Source: Gonapodya sp. JEL0774
Taxonomy: Eukaryota
NCBI GenBank assembly: GCA_027604505.1
Contig: JADIIX010000046.1
Coordinates: 62,001-126,000 of the forward strand
Direction of reading: 5' to 3'
DNA length: 64,000 nucleotides
Below the pieces are notes generated by a model. It saw only the letters and a list, made by a program, of their open reading frames with translations. It ran no database searches and was not told where the DNA came from. The first letter of the stretch is position 1. Each line of letters begins with the position of its first letter. Made by a program: the position numbers and the translations under genes. Positions 23,843-36,275 of the stretch are shown here, piece after piece.

Positions 23843-25322
23843 TCATGCCATCATCCCGTTGAAGTTTTCTTCTCGGAAACCTCTTATCCGCTCAATGTCC
23901 ACCAACTTCCAGTTCTTTGCCGAATCTCTCTCCTTCTCAGTCAAAAATGTCCGTAGCGAGTCCAAGCTGCTTCTGGAGTCGTTCGATTCAGCCCCTACTG
24001 TGGACGTCGACGTTAAGCGGCGGAGGGTCACGGTGCATAGGTCCTCTGCAAGCTTGTTGGACTCTGCGCCAGCAGGCCACGCAATTACGATTCGAGGTGG
24101 TTGTAAGAATTCTTTGAGGAGGGCGCGAACGGCGTCCTCTTGGATGTCCAAGTCCCTCGAGAGCAAACTGCTGGTTTGTGATATTCGAGAGTCCCAAGGA
24201 AGAACAGTCGCATCGGCAGGGAATACATCTGAGGGTGCAGCAAAATCCACGATAAAAGGGTGCTCCAAAAGCGATTCTGCGGATATATCACCCCGAGATG
24301 CCGGGTGCAAAATCTTCTCTACAAAGTCACGGGCGACGGGGTCCACCGTGGCATGGTACCATGGAAGTGATTGAGTTCGGAGAGAGAGGTGTTCCTTGGC
24401 GAGCTTTGTTGCCTTTTCTGAGCGGAATGGGAAGTAACCACATAGAATGCAGTAGACGGTGACACCGAGTGCCCAAAGGTCGCTCCAGCCTCGTTTTGGT
24501 AAGTAAGGGTTTCCTCGAGCGGCTTCAAGGATTTGTGGACTCGAGTAGTTTATGCAGCCAACGGACTCGTAAAGGGACACTCCTTCCCGGTAGAAGCAGG
24601 AGAGGTTGAAGTCGCTAACGAATTAGAAAGACTGTCAGTGTATTTGGAAGGTACCTATCAGGTAACCAACGGTGTACCTACATGAGGGTAACATGAAGAG
24701 TATCTGGATTCACGAGTATGTTGTCGAGCTTTATGTCGCGGTGGAGTACATGATGGCTGTGCATGAAGCGCAGCGCTGAGAGCAGTTGGGCAGTGATTCG
24801 CGAAGCCTCCACAGTGGAGAGACCATCTCCACGGGATTTCTGCAAACAAAAAATTCGTTATGCATTGAATAATGATTCATGTCCGTCGAGTGTTTTGGGG
24901 TCAAATACTCACCAAAAAATCGTACAACTCAACCCCATCCACCTTCTGCATAAAGATATAAATGGTATCGTTCACTATCGCAGCATCGTAAAGCTTAACG
25001 ATGTTTGGATGCTGCTTTGCGGAGAGGTGAGCCAGGACTGCCAGTTCCCGTCGGGAGTAGAGAGATTGTTCGAGGTCTGTCGACGCGGAGGAGTTGAATG
25101 CGATCTTGACGACGCCCTGGGGAGGAGTGATTGCAGTCGCTTGCTCAGCTCATTGTCCAATTCGTCCCAGGGGGAGGGAGGACGAAAACTTACCTCCACG
25201 CCCGAGTCGCTGCGCGCTTGTCGAACCTCGGCGAATGCCCCCGAGCCAAGGCATTCGCCTAGCGTCCAGTTTCCCGTGGCTCCCTTGACGATTTTGGGCG
25301 ACAGCGCGGTTGCGGTGATCAT
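23843..25322 (-). CDS. Ser/Thr protein kinase, CAMK-like, atypical DFN/SPQ motifs (paralog 2)
   Basis: CLGSGAFAEV, HPNIVKL, LHRDIKLDN, DFNL, GCINYSSPQ, WSDLWALG, YFPFRSE. Start could be upstream (25427). Confidence 0.9.
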
Positions 25323-25825
25323 AAGAGTGTTTGTGTTCGAGTGGGATGAGGGATTGGTCTGGTGTGGTGTTGAATGGAAGATAAGTGAGGGCGAGTGCGG
25401 CCTAGCACGCTGTGGCCAGCTTCGCATTTTGGATTCAGCCAGATAAGCAAACCACGACAACTGATTTAAACTGAACCTAATGCTGGTGATGGTGCGAGTA
25501 GACATTGTAAGCTTTTGTAAAATTGGTCTCCATCCCAATCACAATCTCGCTATCATTGTCTCTGCCTGTGTGCCGTGATGTTCCCTAAAGAGAAATTTCA
25601 CTTTCGAGGCTGTTGAGGGAAATTGTAAGCTTATTATGTGACCTTCATTACGAAGCAGAAAAAGCAGCTGAACGGAGCGGGAGGAGCGGGAAAACTCGTC
25701 AGCAGGAGGTGGGCAAAGGGCGGGGACTGACGTCTCCCGCGAAAACATGTTTACGAGTTTGACCATTAGAAGTACAGCTGCAATCGTTTGTTTTAGAGAT
25801 TAGTAAGACTGTTTCACTTGCTCCA

Positions 25826-27946
25826 ATGCGTTCAGAGAGCACGATGCGACTCATTCCCGGCCGTTCCTGGGACCACCCTTCCGCTTTGCCTTATGGTCCC
25901 GACTCCACTGTCATTCTCGCAAAGAGGCGGCGCTGGAACATATCAAATGACGTTCTTGGGAAAGGCGCGTTCGCTTCGGTAAGGGAGGCGATAGACTTGG
26001 ATTCGGGTGAAGTGGTGAGTTGTGCAGAAATGCAACGTCCCGTGTCATTTGGATAGATGCTGAGTGGTCGACTCAACACGTTTGTGTGATCACGTACATG
26101 CACACTTCGCTTCTCGTACTAACACAGGCGGTTGCCAAAATGTCGAAACTCGAAAATACCGAGAAGAAAAAGCACCTGAAGCTGTACGCAGTGCGGGAAG
26201 TCGGAAGTCTCATGACGCTGCTGGCGGGAAACCACCCAAACATCGTGAAGATCCTTGACGGAGCCAGATTTGGAGAAACTGCATATATATTTCAAAAGAA
26301 AGTGAAAGGAGTTGAGCTTTTTGAATTCTTGGTGGGTGCGCGCATGGAGACGAGCGTGAGAGCGGAACATGACACGCAAACTGACAGCAATCTTTTCACA
26401 GAAACAACAGGGAGGGACTTTGCCACCTGAGATGGTACGGCACATCACCGCGCAGCTTCTTTCTGCGTTGCGTTTCTTGCATCAGCATCACATCCTACAC
26501 AGAGATATCAAGGTGAGACTAACAGTGCACGTTAACCTCCCAAAAAACTTTATCCTTCGACTTACAGCAACTGTTTCGCTCGTAAAGCTAGATAACATCA
26601 TGATCGATCGCGAGACTCTTCATGTCACGATCATGTGAGCTTTCTTGGATGGCTGATCTTGCGTTGGTTCTGTACACTCCATCGCTGACAAGTCGGCCAT
26701 TTCAAGCGATTTCAATCTCGCATGCTTCTTCAGGGAAGGAATCCCCCTTTCAGAGCCTGTTGGTAAGTGCTCTACTTTTGCGGCTCAGCTGTGACAGTTC
26801 TGGTCGAGCTCACTCAGGTTGATTCTCGCCGTCTTGGACAGGGTCAGTCCAGACAATGGCCTTAACATGTTTCGCTCCTTGCTCTCATACGCTGTTTCAC
26901 CTGCACTATTCCACAGGTGCATCAACTACGCTTCTCCTCAGATCGTTCTCGCGTCGCAGGGTGTTCCGTACATGCCTGAGCAAGGATGGAGCGATCTGTG
27001 GGCGCTCGGTGAGATAGTTTGGTTAAACAGGGAGTTCAGCCACTGCGTGAAAACAGAAACTGACCTTGACTTCAAATTTTAGGCGTTACGGTTTTTGGGA
27101 TGCTCTGTGGGTGAGTTTTTTTTGTTGGCGTTTGACAATGTTCCGTACTCCAGTGACCCTCGTCACGCCCTCGCGGCCAGCTTCTTCCCATTCCGCTCAG
27201 AAACGCCCCTCAAGCTCGCCCAAGAGCACGCCCGCCTCCTCTCCGAACCACTCGAATGGTTCGGCCCTCCTCCCGACCCCTTGGCCCGCTCCTTTGTCGA
27301 ACGCATACTGACGCCTCGCTCTCGAGGTATCGTCACGTGCGAGTTCCTGGCCAAACACCCCTTTGTGGTTGGCCACGAAGCTCTCGCCAAGGAATACTTG
27401 GTGTCCGCCAGCCCCGTCGAAAGTCTCGTCGTGGACGACGACAAGCTCGTGGCGCAGGATCTGGCGGTGCAGACCGAAGCCTTCCACCAGTTTCTCATCG
27501 CAGCGGGCGAGAGGTTCGACCACTTTTTTGTATCCGAGAGGCACGACGGTGAGCAGAGGTCGATTTCGTCAGTGGAAGGTGGGATGAACCGGAACCGGAC
27601 CGGGACCGTGGATATACCGGCTGCGACTGCGCGGTCTGTCGTACCGACCGAGACGCCGTCGAGAACTGAACACGGAAACGAAAGCCGTACGCGAATCCGT
27701 CTGAGCAACCTCTTTGGCCAAAAAAACTCCGAAGTGGATCGATACTCTCAAGGCGACGCCGCAAGGATCGGGTCGAGGCCAGACACGGGGTCCAGGCTTG
27801 TTCCGAGATCCCAAACCTTTTCCGGGACCAGCTACACCAAAGTCGAGTCTCTGACCGTGACCGTGACCCGGGCCGGGGTGGAAAGGGAGAAGGAGAAGGG
27901 GTTTGGTCCCTTGCCGCGGTTTTTCGGACGCCGCAAGAACGTGTGA
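25826..27946 (+). CDS. Ser/Thr protein kinase, CAMK-like, atypical DFN/SPQ motifs (paralog 3)
   Basis: VLGKGAFASV, AVAK, HPNIVKI, LHRDIK|LDN, DFNL, GCINYASPQ, WSDLWALG, FFPFRSE. Confidence 0.9.
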
Positions 27947-28477
27947 GTCTGTTGAGGCTGGGAGTCTGCGAGGGTGCGGATTGACCATTTGAGGGTCAGC
28001 CTGCGAGGTCCGCAATTGCACTTGGAAACTCGATTTGAGGATGGTAATATACTAAGGCTCACCAGTGCACATAATAGACTCGTGAGATACACGTACTTTC
28101 TCTCCTGTCCTCCTCAATTTCTCTTTGTCCCGGTTGCCGACTGGCGGTGCGGCTCGGTTTGTAGTATTGGACCCCGACCAGGTCTAAACTCGTGGAGGTC
28201 TGGGTCCACGACGGCACCACGGGTCACACAGCGCCACCGGCCACTGCCTCAATAATGGACAGTGCGTAGAAGCCGAATTTCGAACAAGCACAGGAGTCGT
28301 GGTGCACGGTGCAGGGCGCTGGACGGTGTGCTGTGTGCAGGGTGCGCGGTGGGAGTCTCGAAACCTCCGAACCGTGTGAATTCCCCGCCCCACTGCGCAC
28401 TGCACAGGGGTATGCCGTACAAAGAGACGAACCCGAGTCCCGGGGAACGGGGAACGCGGAAACGACAGCGTCGCGAA

Positions 28478-28533
28478 ATGGCGGGATGGCGGGATGGCGG
28501 GATGGCGAGATGGGTGGGCGGTGGGCGGTGGGC
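28478..28533. repeat. Short G-rich tandem repeats (ATGGCGGG)x3-4 followed by (GGTGGGC)x3
   Basis: Directly visible in the intergenic region upstream of the aldehyde dehydrogenase. Confidence 0.8.
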
Positions 28534-29168
28534 GGTCGGCAGAGAGCGTGGGAGCGTGGTGGATTGGGCCGGCGATGTGAACGAGTGCATGTTCCGAGTG
28601 GGTGCGAGTGTATAAGGCGAGGTAGTGTGTTGTGATGCTGTCCGATTATGAATTATAGAAAAGAAGATGAATCATGCGAAACAAGATGGAGTAGTTTCCC
28701 CAAGAAGGAACGGTCTGCTTATGTAAACCCTGAAGCAGTGTGTGTACATATCGGCTGCAGTTCCAGCTGTTAGAAAAACACAAGACATGAAGGTTGGTCA
28801 GATCCCCAATATCCAAAATAATAAGAGACTGGAAGATTGGCCAAGTTACGGCGCTTGTGCTCTAATGCATTGCACCTGGGAGTACATAAACAATATATCG
28901 ATTGATTCACCGCACCACAACAGTGAACAGCGGGTGAATCATTATATCCACACAAGCGCGAGCACTATCTTTATGATCGGCAAGTCCCCGTTGTGTGCGG
29001 TGTGGACCGTTCATGAACAGGCTGCCTGTTTCCTGGCGGGCCGTAAAGTACGGCTTGGGCCCTCCACTCACCTGCCGATCCCCACCGAACCGACCGATCC
29101 CAGAACTATTTGGCCCATCGCCATTCTCAATTCCCACACCGGTTTTACCACGCCGAACGTACACAGAC

Positions 29169-32100
29169 ATGCCTGTGAGTTTTCCATATTGGGCGATCTG
29201 GGATGGTCTGCGGGTCTGGAGGGAAGGACGAGGCTGGACATTGTGGGTGGTTGTTGATCCCCACGCCAACGACGGCCGTTGTCTGGCGAATCCGGCGTCT
29301 CAATCTGGCATCGTTCATCTGCGATTGACGCCCGTGTTGGGAGTAGTGGTCGTTTTGAATCTGTGTTTGGGTTGGGTTGTCTGTTCCTCTCGGTGTCGTG
29401 TCTGCACTGCCCTCGTGTCCTCTGCCCCGCACCCGCATGAGTCGCTGCTTCTCTCGCCCAATCTCATCAAACTCAACCTCCACAATTTCTCAATTGCAAT
29501 TCCAAATTCAACCTGGTCTCAACTCAACCCGCTCTTCGTTCAACCCCGACGTCGCTTCTCCTTCGCCCGTTCAAATTCTTTTCCAAAGTTTGACGACCTT
29601 GTCGAAATCAAGAGTGAGTGTCTGATCCTCCCGTTTTCCTTGTTCCCACTTCCCCCGTGTTCCCACCGCACTTACCAACCCCAAACCCCCACCACCCTTT
29701 TAGTCCGCAACACCACCCACAAGGTTCACACGGGCCTCTTCATCAACGGAGAATTTGTCCCCGCCATATCCGGAAAGACCTTTCCCACAATCAACCCCGC
29801 AACGGGTGAGGTCATTTGCCACGTGTGTGAAGGTGAGTACACACGCGACATGGTGCGGGCTTTTCCTCGTCCGTTTCCGTTTCTGTTCATTTAATCGGGA
29901 ATGGGACGGTGGGGAATGGGACGCCGTGGAGACCGAGGCACGGGAACATCACGGCACACCAACCTTGGAGCTTGTTCAGGAGGATCACCGATGGCCCGGA
30001 GACGCGGAGACCGGAGCAGGATGAGGACGAGGATAAGGACGCGGTCTAGAACGGGAAACCAGCACCGAGACGGTCTCCGGTGCTCTGTGTACCTGTGTGA
30101 TGCGACACGAGGTGACGGGACGGGGAGATGGGCGACACGACACCACTCCGATCCGACCCGGTTCTTCCACGACGACCTTGCACTGGCCACGTCGGTCACA
30201 TCTTCTTCCTTTCCCCCTCCTCGTACCCGGTTCCCGCTTTACTCACCCACCCGACCCTACCCGTTTCCTAAACTCCTCGTTCCTCCCTCCCGCACCCCCC
30301 AGCCGACAAAGCCGACATCGACGTCGCCGTCCGTGCCGCCCGCACTGCCTTCAAGTCCGTCTGGCGTAACACCGACGGCGCCGACCGCGGCCGTTTGCTC
30401 TACAAGCTCGCCGACCTGGTCGAACGCGATATACAGTTTTTGGCCGATTTGGAGGCGCTGGATAATGGGAAGAAGGCACACGTGGCAAAGGGGGATGTGG
30501 AGGGAGTCGTGGGGTGTTTGAGGTATTATGGTGCGTGGTGCGGGTGGTGGAGGGGGGGGGGGGGGGGGGGGGGCGGCGGNNNNNNNNNNTGTTAGTGTTG
30601 TGTGTGGCGGGTCGGTCGGGCCGGCGCGGCGGGCGGGCCCGGCCCCCGCGCCGGCGCTGCGGGGGGCTAGGGGTGTTTGGGGGAGATGGGATGGATGGAT
30701 GGGATGGATATTTTCGGTAAAATGGGATGGGTTGGAGTGGCACGCGCATGAAGTGCGCGAGCGACCAAGGGACCCTGCCGTGCCGGCGGGTGTGTTACGA
30801 TTCGGGTCCTTCCCAACCTGTGCCAGTAACACCCTGGTCCGTGTTTCCGACCTCCCTCGCCTCCCATCATCTCCGTGGCCGTGGCGCTCACCTTGTTCCT
30901 CCTTTATTCTTCGCTCATTCTCTCTCGTCCCTCCCGCTCCTTTTCCGTTGTGACCCCTGACCCGTGACCCGTGCTCCTTAACCCGCGTTCCCCTTCGTTT
31001 CGCGTAGCCGGATGGGCCGACAAGATCGAGGGGAAGACCATGGTACGTTGCGCTTGCAGTTTGGTTTGTCATTTCTGGTCGTGGTTTAAGGTTTCACTCA
31101 CTCGAACGACTTCACCACCCTTTCCCCTATGTCTCACGAACCTCGCAGATGGACACGAACAAGGTAGAAAGCTCACACGCTGCCGATCTCGGGAGCGGAA
31201 ATGAAACCAGCACGCTGAATATTTCTTTTGCCAAATGCCCAACTCCCCCCCCCCCCCCCGTGTCACCCCCCTCCCCCGACCCCACACCCGTCACTGCACA
31301 CCATCGTTCTCACTCCCACTGCCAATTTGCTTTCCTTTTTGCGTGTTTGCTTGTGTGTTCGGTTCGACCGTGTAGTGGGTGAGTGGGAGGCAGTAGTGAC
31401 AGTACCCGCTTTGGAGGTCTGCGGTTTCGTGGTGGTGAATCAAGCTCATGCCGTTCGTTGGTCCGCCTCGCTGCGTCGCCCGGCCTCTTCCCCCCACCCT
31501 CCCCCGTCCAATGTAATTGCGCTCAGTTCAACTACACCCGCCACGAGCCGTTCGGTGTCGTGGGGCAGATCATTGTGGGTTTGCTGTTTTCGTTTTGTGT
31601 GCAACGTGATGCCATGTTCTCAACTTTGTTTACCTTGTGGTCCATGTGGGTCGGTGGTGCTGTTGCGTCATCCTCGACTCGTCCATCCCTCCCCCTCCCC
31701 CGTACCCGCGGTGATGGTCTAATCAGCCGTGGAACTTCCCCCTGGGCATGCTCGCGTGGAAGTTCGGACCGGCCCTCGCGACGGGGAACGTCATCATCCT
31801 CAAGTCGTCGGAAAAGGTAACGTAATCGGGTGTGACCGGGTGTGGCCGCAGTGTGTTTGGAGACCAAATCACCTTCGCTGTTCCCTGTGCGTCGTTTGAC
31901 ACCGACCCACCGTCCACGCTCCTCGCCACCTCCCGCCCGCAGACCCCCCTCACCGCCCTCGCCGTGGCCGCCCTGACCCGCGAAGCCGGGTTCCCCCCAG
32001 GCGTCATCAACATCGTCTCTGGCTACGGTCCCACGGCGGGACAGGCCATGGTGTCCCACCCCGAGATCATGAAGCTGGCCTTCACGGGCAGTACCAGGAC

Positions 32101-33972
32101 TGGACGCATGTTGGTCGAAGGGAGCGCCAAGAGTAATTTGAAAAAGGTTACGCTCGAGCTGGGCGGCAAGAGTCCGGTGGGTTGGGGGGGAGTGGGGGAG
32201 GGAGTGACATGGGGGCGGGTGGGAGGACGGTGGTCCCGATTTCCCACCACTTCCTTGTGGTTCGGTTTGAACCGGCTGACGCACTCCCCCTTGCGTGGCT
32301 CTTGCATTACCCTCAGTCCATCGTCTTTGAAGATGCGGACATTGATGAGGCCGCAAAGTGGACCAACATGGGTATTTTCTTGTGAGTCGTCATTGTTGGC
32401 ATATCGCTTGGGCGGCGTCTTGTCCCGTCTCTTACCCGTGCCTCATGTCTCATATCGCCCATCATCGTCTTCGTCATTCAGCAACCACGGCCAAGTGTGC
32501 TGCGCTGGATCCAGGGTGTACGTCCAGGAAAGCGTCGCCGAAAAGTTTTTAGCAAAGTTCAAGGAGCTGGTGCGTGTGGGATCGTTCTCGGGTCGTTTGT
32601 GGGAACACGGTTGATCGGTGTTCGTTTTTGTGGGCCGGGATCGGAACTCATAATGGGACAAAATCGGATATGTGATTTTAGACTGAGGCGCAAAAGACCG
32701 GCGACCAGTGTGAGTAGCCAGGGACAAGTGTCTGCGCTTCCTAGGTCCGTGATGGAGCTGAATACTTATTTTGGCGAACCTTTTACCGCGTCACCCTTTG
32801 CTCCGCAATTTTAGTCGACGAAGACGGTGACCAGGGCCCGCTTGTGGATGAGAGTGAGCAGTCACGATACGCACTTGTCTTTCTGTGCTCGGATGGTCGC
32901 CACACAAACCTACCGTGTTTCCTCCGTTTTAATTTCCAGTTCAATTCAACAACGTTCTCAAGTACATTGAGATTGGCAAGAAGGAGGCGAAGCTCATTGC
33001 TGGTGGTGGACGCTTAGGGTCCAAAGGGTTCTGTGAGTTTCGACACACACGGCCGTTCTCGCAGTGCTTCGAGTGGTGGTCGTTGTTTGACCCCCCCCCC
33101 CCCTTTGTTGTTTCTGTGATGTGCGTGGTGGGTATGTAGACATCCAACCCACCGTGTTTTCGAATGTGCCCGAAGACGCGACCATTATGAAGGAGGAGAT
33201 TTTCGGACCAGTAAGTTTCGGATTCGTTTCACAAAAATGTTACCTCCTCGAACGCGAAGCTCAAAAACACAACTGGCGTTACGTTTCTTTCAATTTCGCA
33301 ACAACTTTGGCTCATTTCCTGCCCGCACTAGGTCGTCTGTGTCAGCACCTTCAAGACCGAAGAAGAGATTATCGCAAAGGCCAACGCTACACCGTACGGT
33401 CTTGCCGGAGCGGTCTTCACCAAGGACCTTAACCGAGCTATTCGTGTGTCGAATGAGCTGGAGGCCGGGATGATTTGGGTGAGCTGGGTTACTCGCTTTT
33501 GTTTCAAGTGTCGAGTGAGCGAAAGAAGTGCTCACGATTGGTGCGTCGGTGTGTTTAATGGGGACGATGGTTAGGTCAACGCGTACAACATTGACCACAA
33601 CGTAAGTTCTTGATGATGGTGCCTTTGCTTAGTGCAAGTGTTTCTCACTTTTTGGTACTCGCTGTCATCCTCGCGCATAATGGGATTAGAACACCCCCTT
33701 CGGTGAGTCATGGCATAAGGGTCAATGATAAATCTTCAGTGTGTACCACATTACTCACCTTCGCTGCCATTTACCTCTTGTTTTTGACTCGCAGGTGGAT
33801 ACAAAGAGTCTGGTTGGGGTCGTGAGCTCGGCGCATACGGTTTGGACGCGTACTTGCAGGTACGTCGCTCTTTGATTGGGGTTGTACCATCAAACTGCTG
33901 CAGCCGAACGTTTGACACCGTTTCTCAAAACAGATCAAGTCGGTGAAGATCAACATGTCCATGACTCTGTAA
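29169..33972 (+). CDS. NAD(P)-dependent aldehyde dehydrogenase (ALDH1/2-like), about 20 coding exons
   Basis: Spliced translation gives LFINGEFV...[55 protein letters not shown] (catalytic Cys), EEIFGP and [13 protein letters not shown]. Confidence 0.96.
30580..30589. other. Assembly gap (10 N) after a poly-G tract, inside an ALDH intron
   Basis: Run of N directly visible. Confidence 0.99.
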
Positions 33973-34967
33973 ACGTTGGTTTTTTCGCCGTAGGATTACT
34001 ACTGTATTACCTATCTTTTGAGAAGAGAATAACATTTGCGTTATGCTTTCCAAGCGAATTGTCGGCCTCGGGAGCTGTTGGCTCACGTTTTTTGGCGAAA
34101 TCAGATCAGGCGGAACCTTTCCTCGTTTTCAGCAATGTCACATGTGATTGTGCGGTTGATAGACAGCAGTGGTGAACGGCGGGACAGTCACACCCCCAAT
34201 TGTATGTCATCTGTACTCTGCTTTGGTACTGGAATTGCATAGAAAGTACTCTATCAATGTGACAGTCATAGTATAATGTCATATTTATAACTTCTTTGGC
34301 CTATGTCGTCGCAGTCTGACAATCTCACCTTTAGACTTTACATAGAACACACTGAGCGTTTCACAAATGCGCATAATTTTCAGGAGACAATAAGAAACCT
34401 ACCGTATGTGAAACTCCGTTATCGTGAATGATGACCTTCGCTATTTGTAGAGCTTGAATACTCGGGCAATATAGAGAGGCCATGGTGAAAGCGGATCACG
34501 CGCAGATTCACCTCCAAGAATACTTCGAATACGCAAGGATTGCAGTTCCTGTCACCGACTTCTCGTCTGAATCACATTGGTCAAATAAGCTCTGCCGGGG
34601 GTGTTGAGGCGGGTGAAAGTGTTTTTGCCGGCTTCCTTTTTTCTGGCCCCTTAGACGCGCGGCAAGCGGTTCTCATCCATCAAGTCTGCTACCAGCAAAA
34701 GCAAACTCGTCCTCCACAAACGTGTTGGTTCGGCGGACATCAGCGCAAGGAGCCCCGGACGTTTCTTAGCGGGATGGTCGGGAGAGACTGCAACGTGTTT
34801 GGTGACACAGCGCAACACTGCCGCGCAAGCTGTCTTACGACGATCAGCCGTCAAAGCAAACCCAAGAAAGCATCATAAATAGTCGCAACCAAAATCTTTG
34901 ATTTGCTATTATTCAATACAAACTCACTTTCGAAGCGAAATCTATTCCGATCGATCCCGCCATGGTC

Positions 34968-35817
34968 ATGAACACAGAAAACAACCAACCCACTCAGATC
35001 TCTGTTCCGCCCACTACAAATTCCACATCCGTACCACAGTATCCTCAAGAGTACCCACCCCAACCGTACCCGTACCCAACAGTGCAGGGATGGCACCACG
35101 GTCGACATTACCACCACCGCAAAGACTACAACGAGAAGCGTTTACTTGATCTCGTAGGACATCAGTTCACAAACGAGGAGAGGGTTGCTCTGGCTGAAGC
35201 GAGAGAGGAATACCGGAGATACTGTGAGTCGCAGAGTTCTGACTTTACAAGATGCGCACTGATTCTGTTCAACCATATCAGTCTTCCCAGCCGTTATTGG
35301 CGGTGTGGTGGGAGGATTCATCCTCGCTCGCCGTGGATTCTTTGGGAGGCTTATTATGTTTGGTGGTAGTGTTTTCGGAGGAGTTTGGGTTGGGCGCAAA
35401 CTCGGGCAGCTGGCGGGATCCAACGTGGTGAGTTGACTGACATGTGGTGTTCCCAACCCGATCATCAACTCAACTATCTGGTACCGTAAGCTATTGGAGC
35501 AACTCCCACCAGACAGTCCAGTCCGCAAAGCTGCACGCGAAGTCGTGGAATTCCAGTTCTCTCGAGGCGCCTTCCTTCCGCGTGTGAACTTTTCGTACGG
35601 ATCCCAATACCCAATGATCCCTCCTACTTCTCCTCCCCCCGCGTCACAATTCTCGCAACCAATTCAAGTACCCCAGATGATCCCGACAACAACAGTTGTA
35701 GCGGGCGTGGCTGCGGAGGAGATTAGGGATTCCGTTGCCAAAATGCTCGCAGATTTGAGTCACACTGTGGCGAGCATAGGTAGGGAAGAGACGGCGGTAC
35801 ATAGGGACGGGAAGTAG
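34968..35817 (+). CDS. Hypothetical small membrane protein (Pro/Tyr-rich N-terminus, two Gly-rich hydrophobic segments)
   Basis: ORFs 34962-35369 and 35494-35817 have GT-AG junctions. The middle exon reads AVIGGVVGGFILARRGFFGRLIMFGGSVFGGVWVG. Confidence 0.6.
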
Positions 35818-36275
35818 TTTGGGGAGAGTCAGTCAGATGGGCTCAATGATTTTTTCCCAATGTAGAACGAACGGCAGTGATTTTGCTGTGTACCCAAAAA
35901 TAGACTTTGCATTCCAACATTGGCGGTGGGCATTCACCATCTTTCATGGACAAAAGCACAGGCGGGTCCCAACAAAATCTCCAAAATTTTTGCAACTTTG
36001 AGCTAGGTGCATTTTCTCACACTAATGGACATATGTATATAGGAGGAGGTCGGGGAGTGGTTGGAAAAGAAGCTATGACAAAAGGGGGGAAAGCCTGTGT
36101 GGAACGAATCCTCTCGAAAACACCAGGGTATCCGCAAAACGGACACGGAAAACAGGAGTCACAGGTCGTGACTTGGCGAGACGGAGATCACGGAACAGAG
36201 TTAAAATGGTCGGTAAGCAGGAGAGAGTCCAAGAGGACCAGCCATCCGTCTGCCCAAGCGTTTCGAGTCTGGAGC

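Noticed and set aside
28995..32356. Long ORFs in the ALDH region (28995-29894, 30257-31072, 31532-32356)
   Set aside because: They are read-through of GC-rich introns or antisense frames, and the spliced ALDH explains the region.
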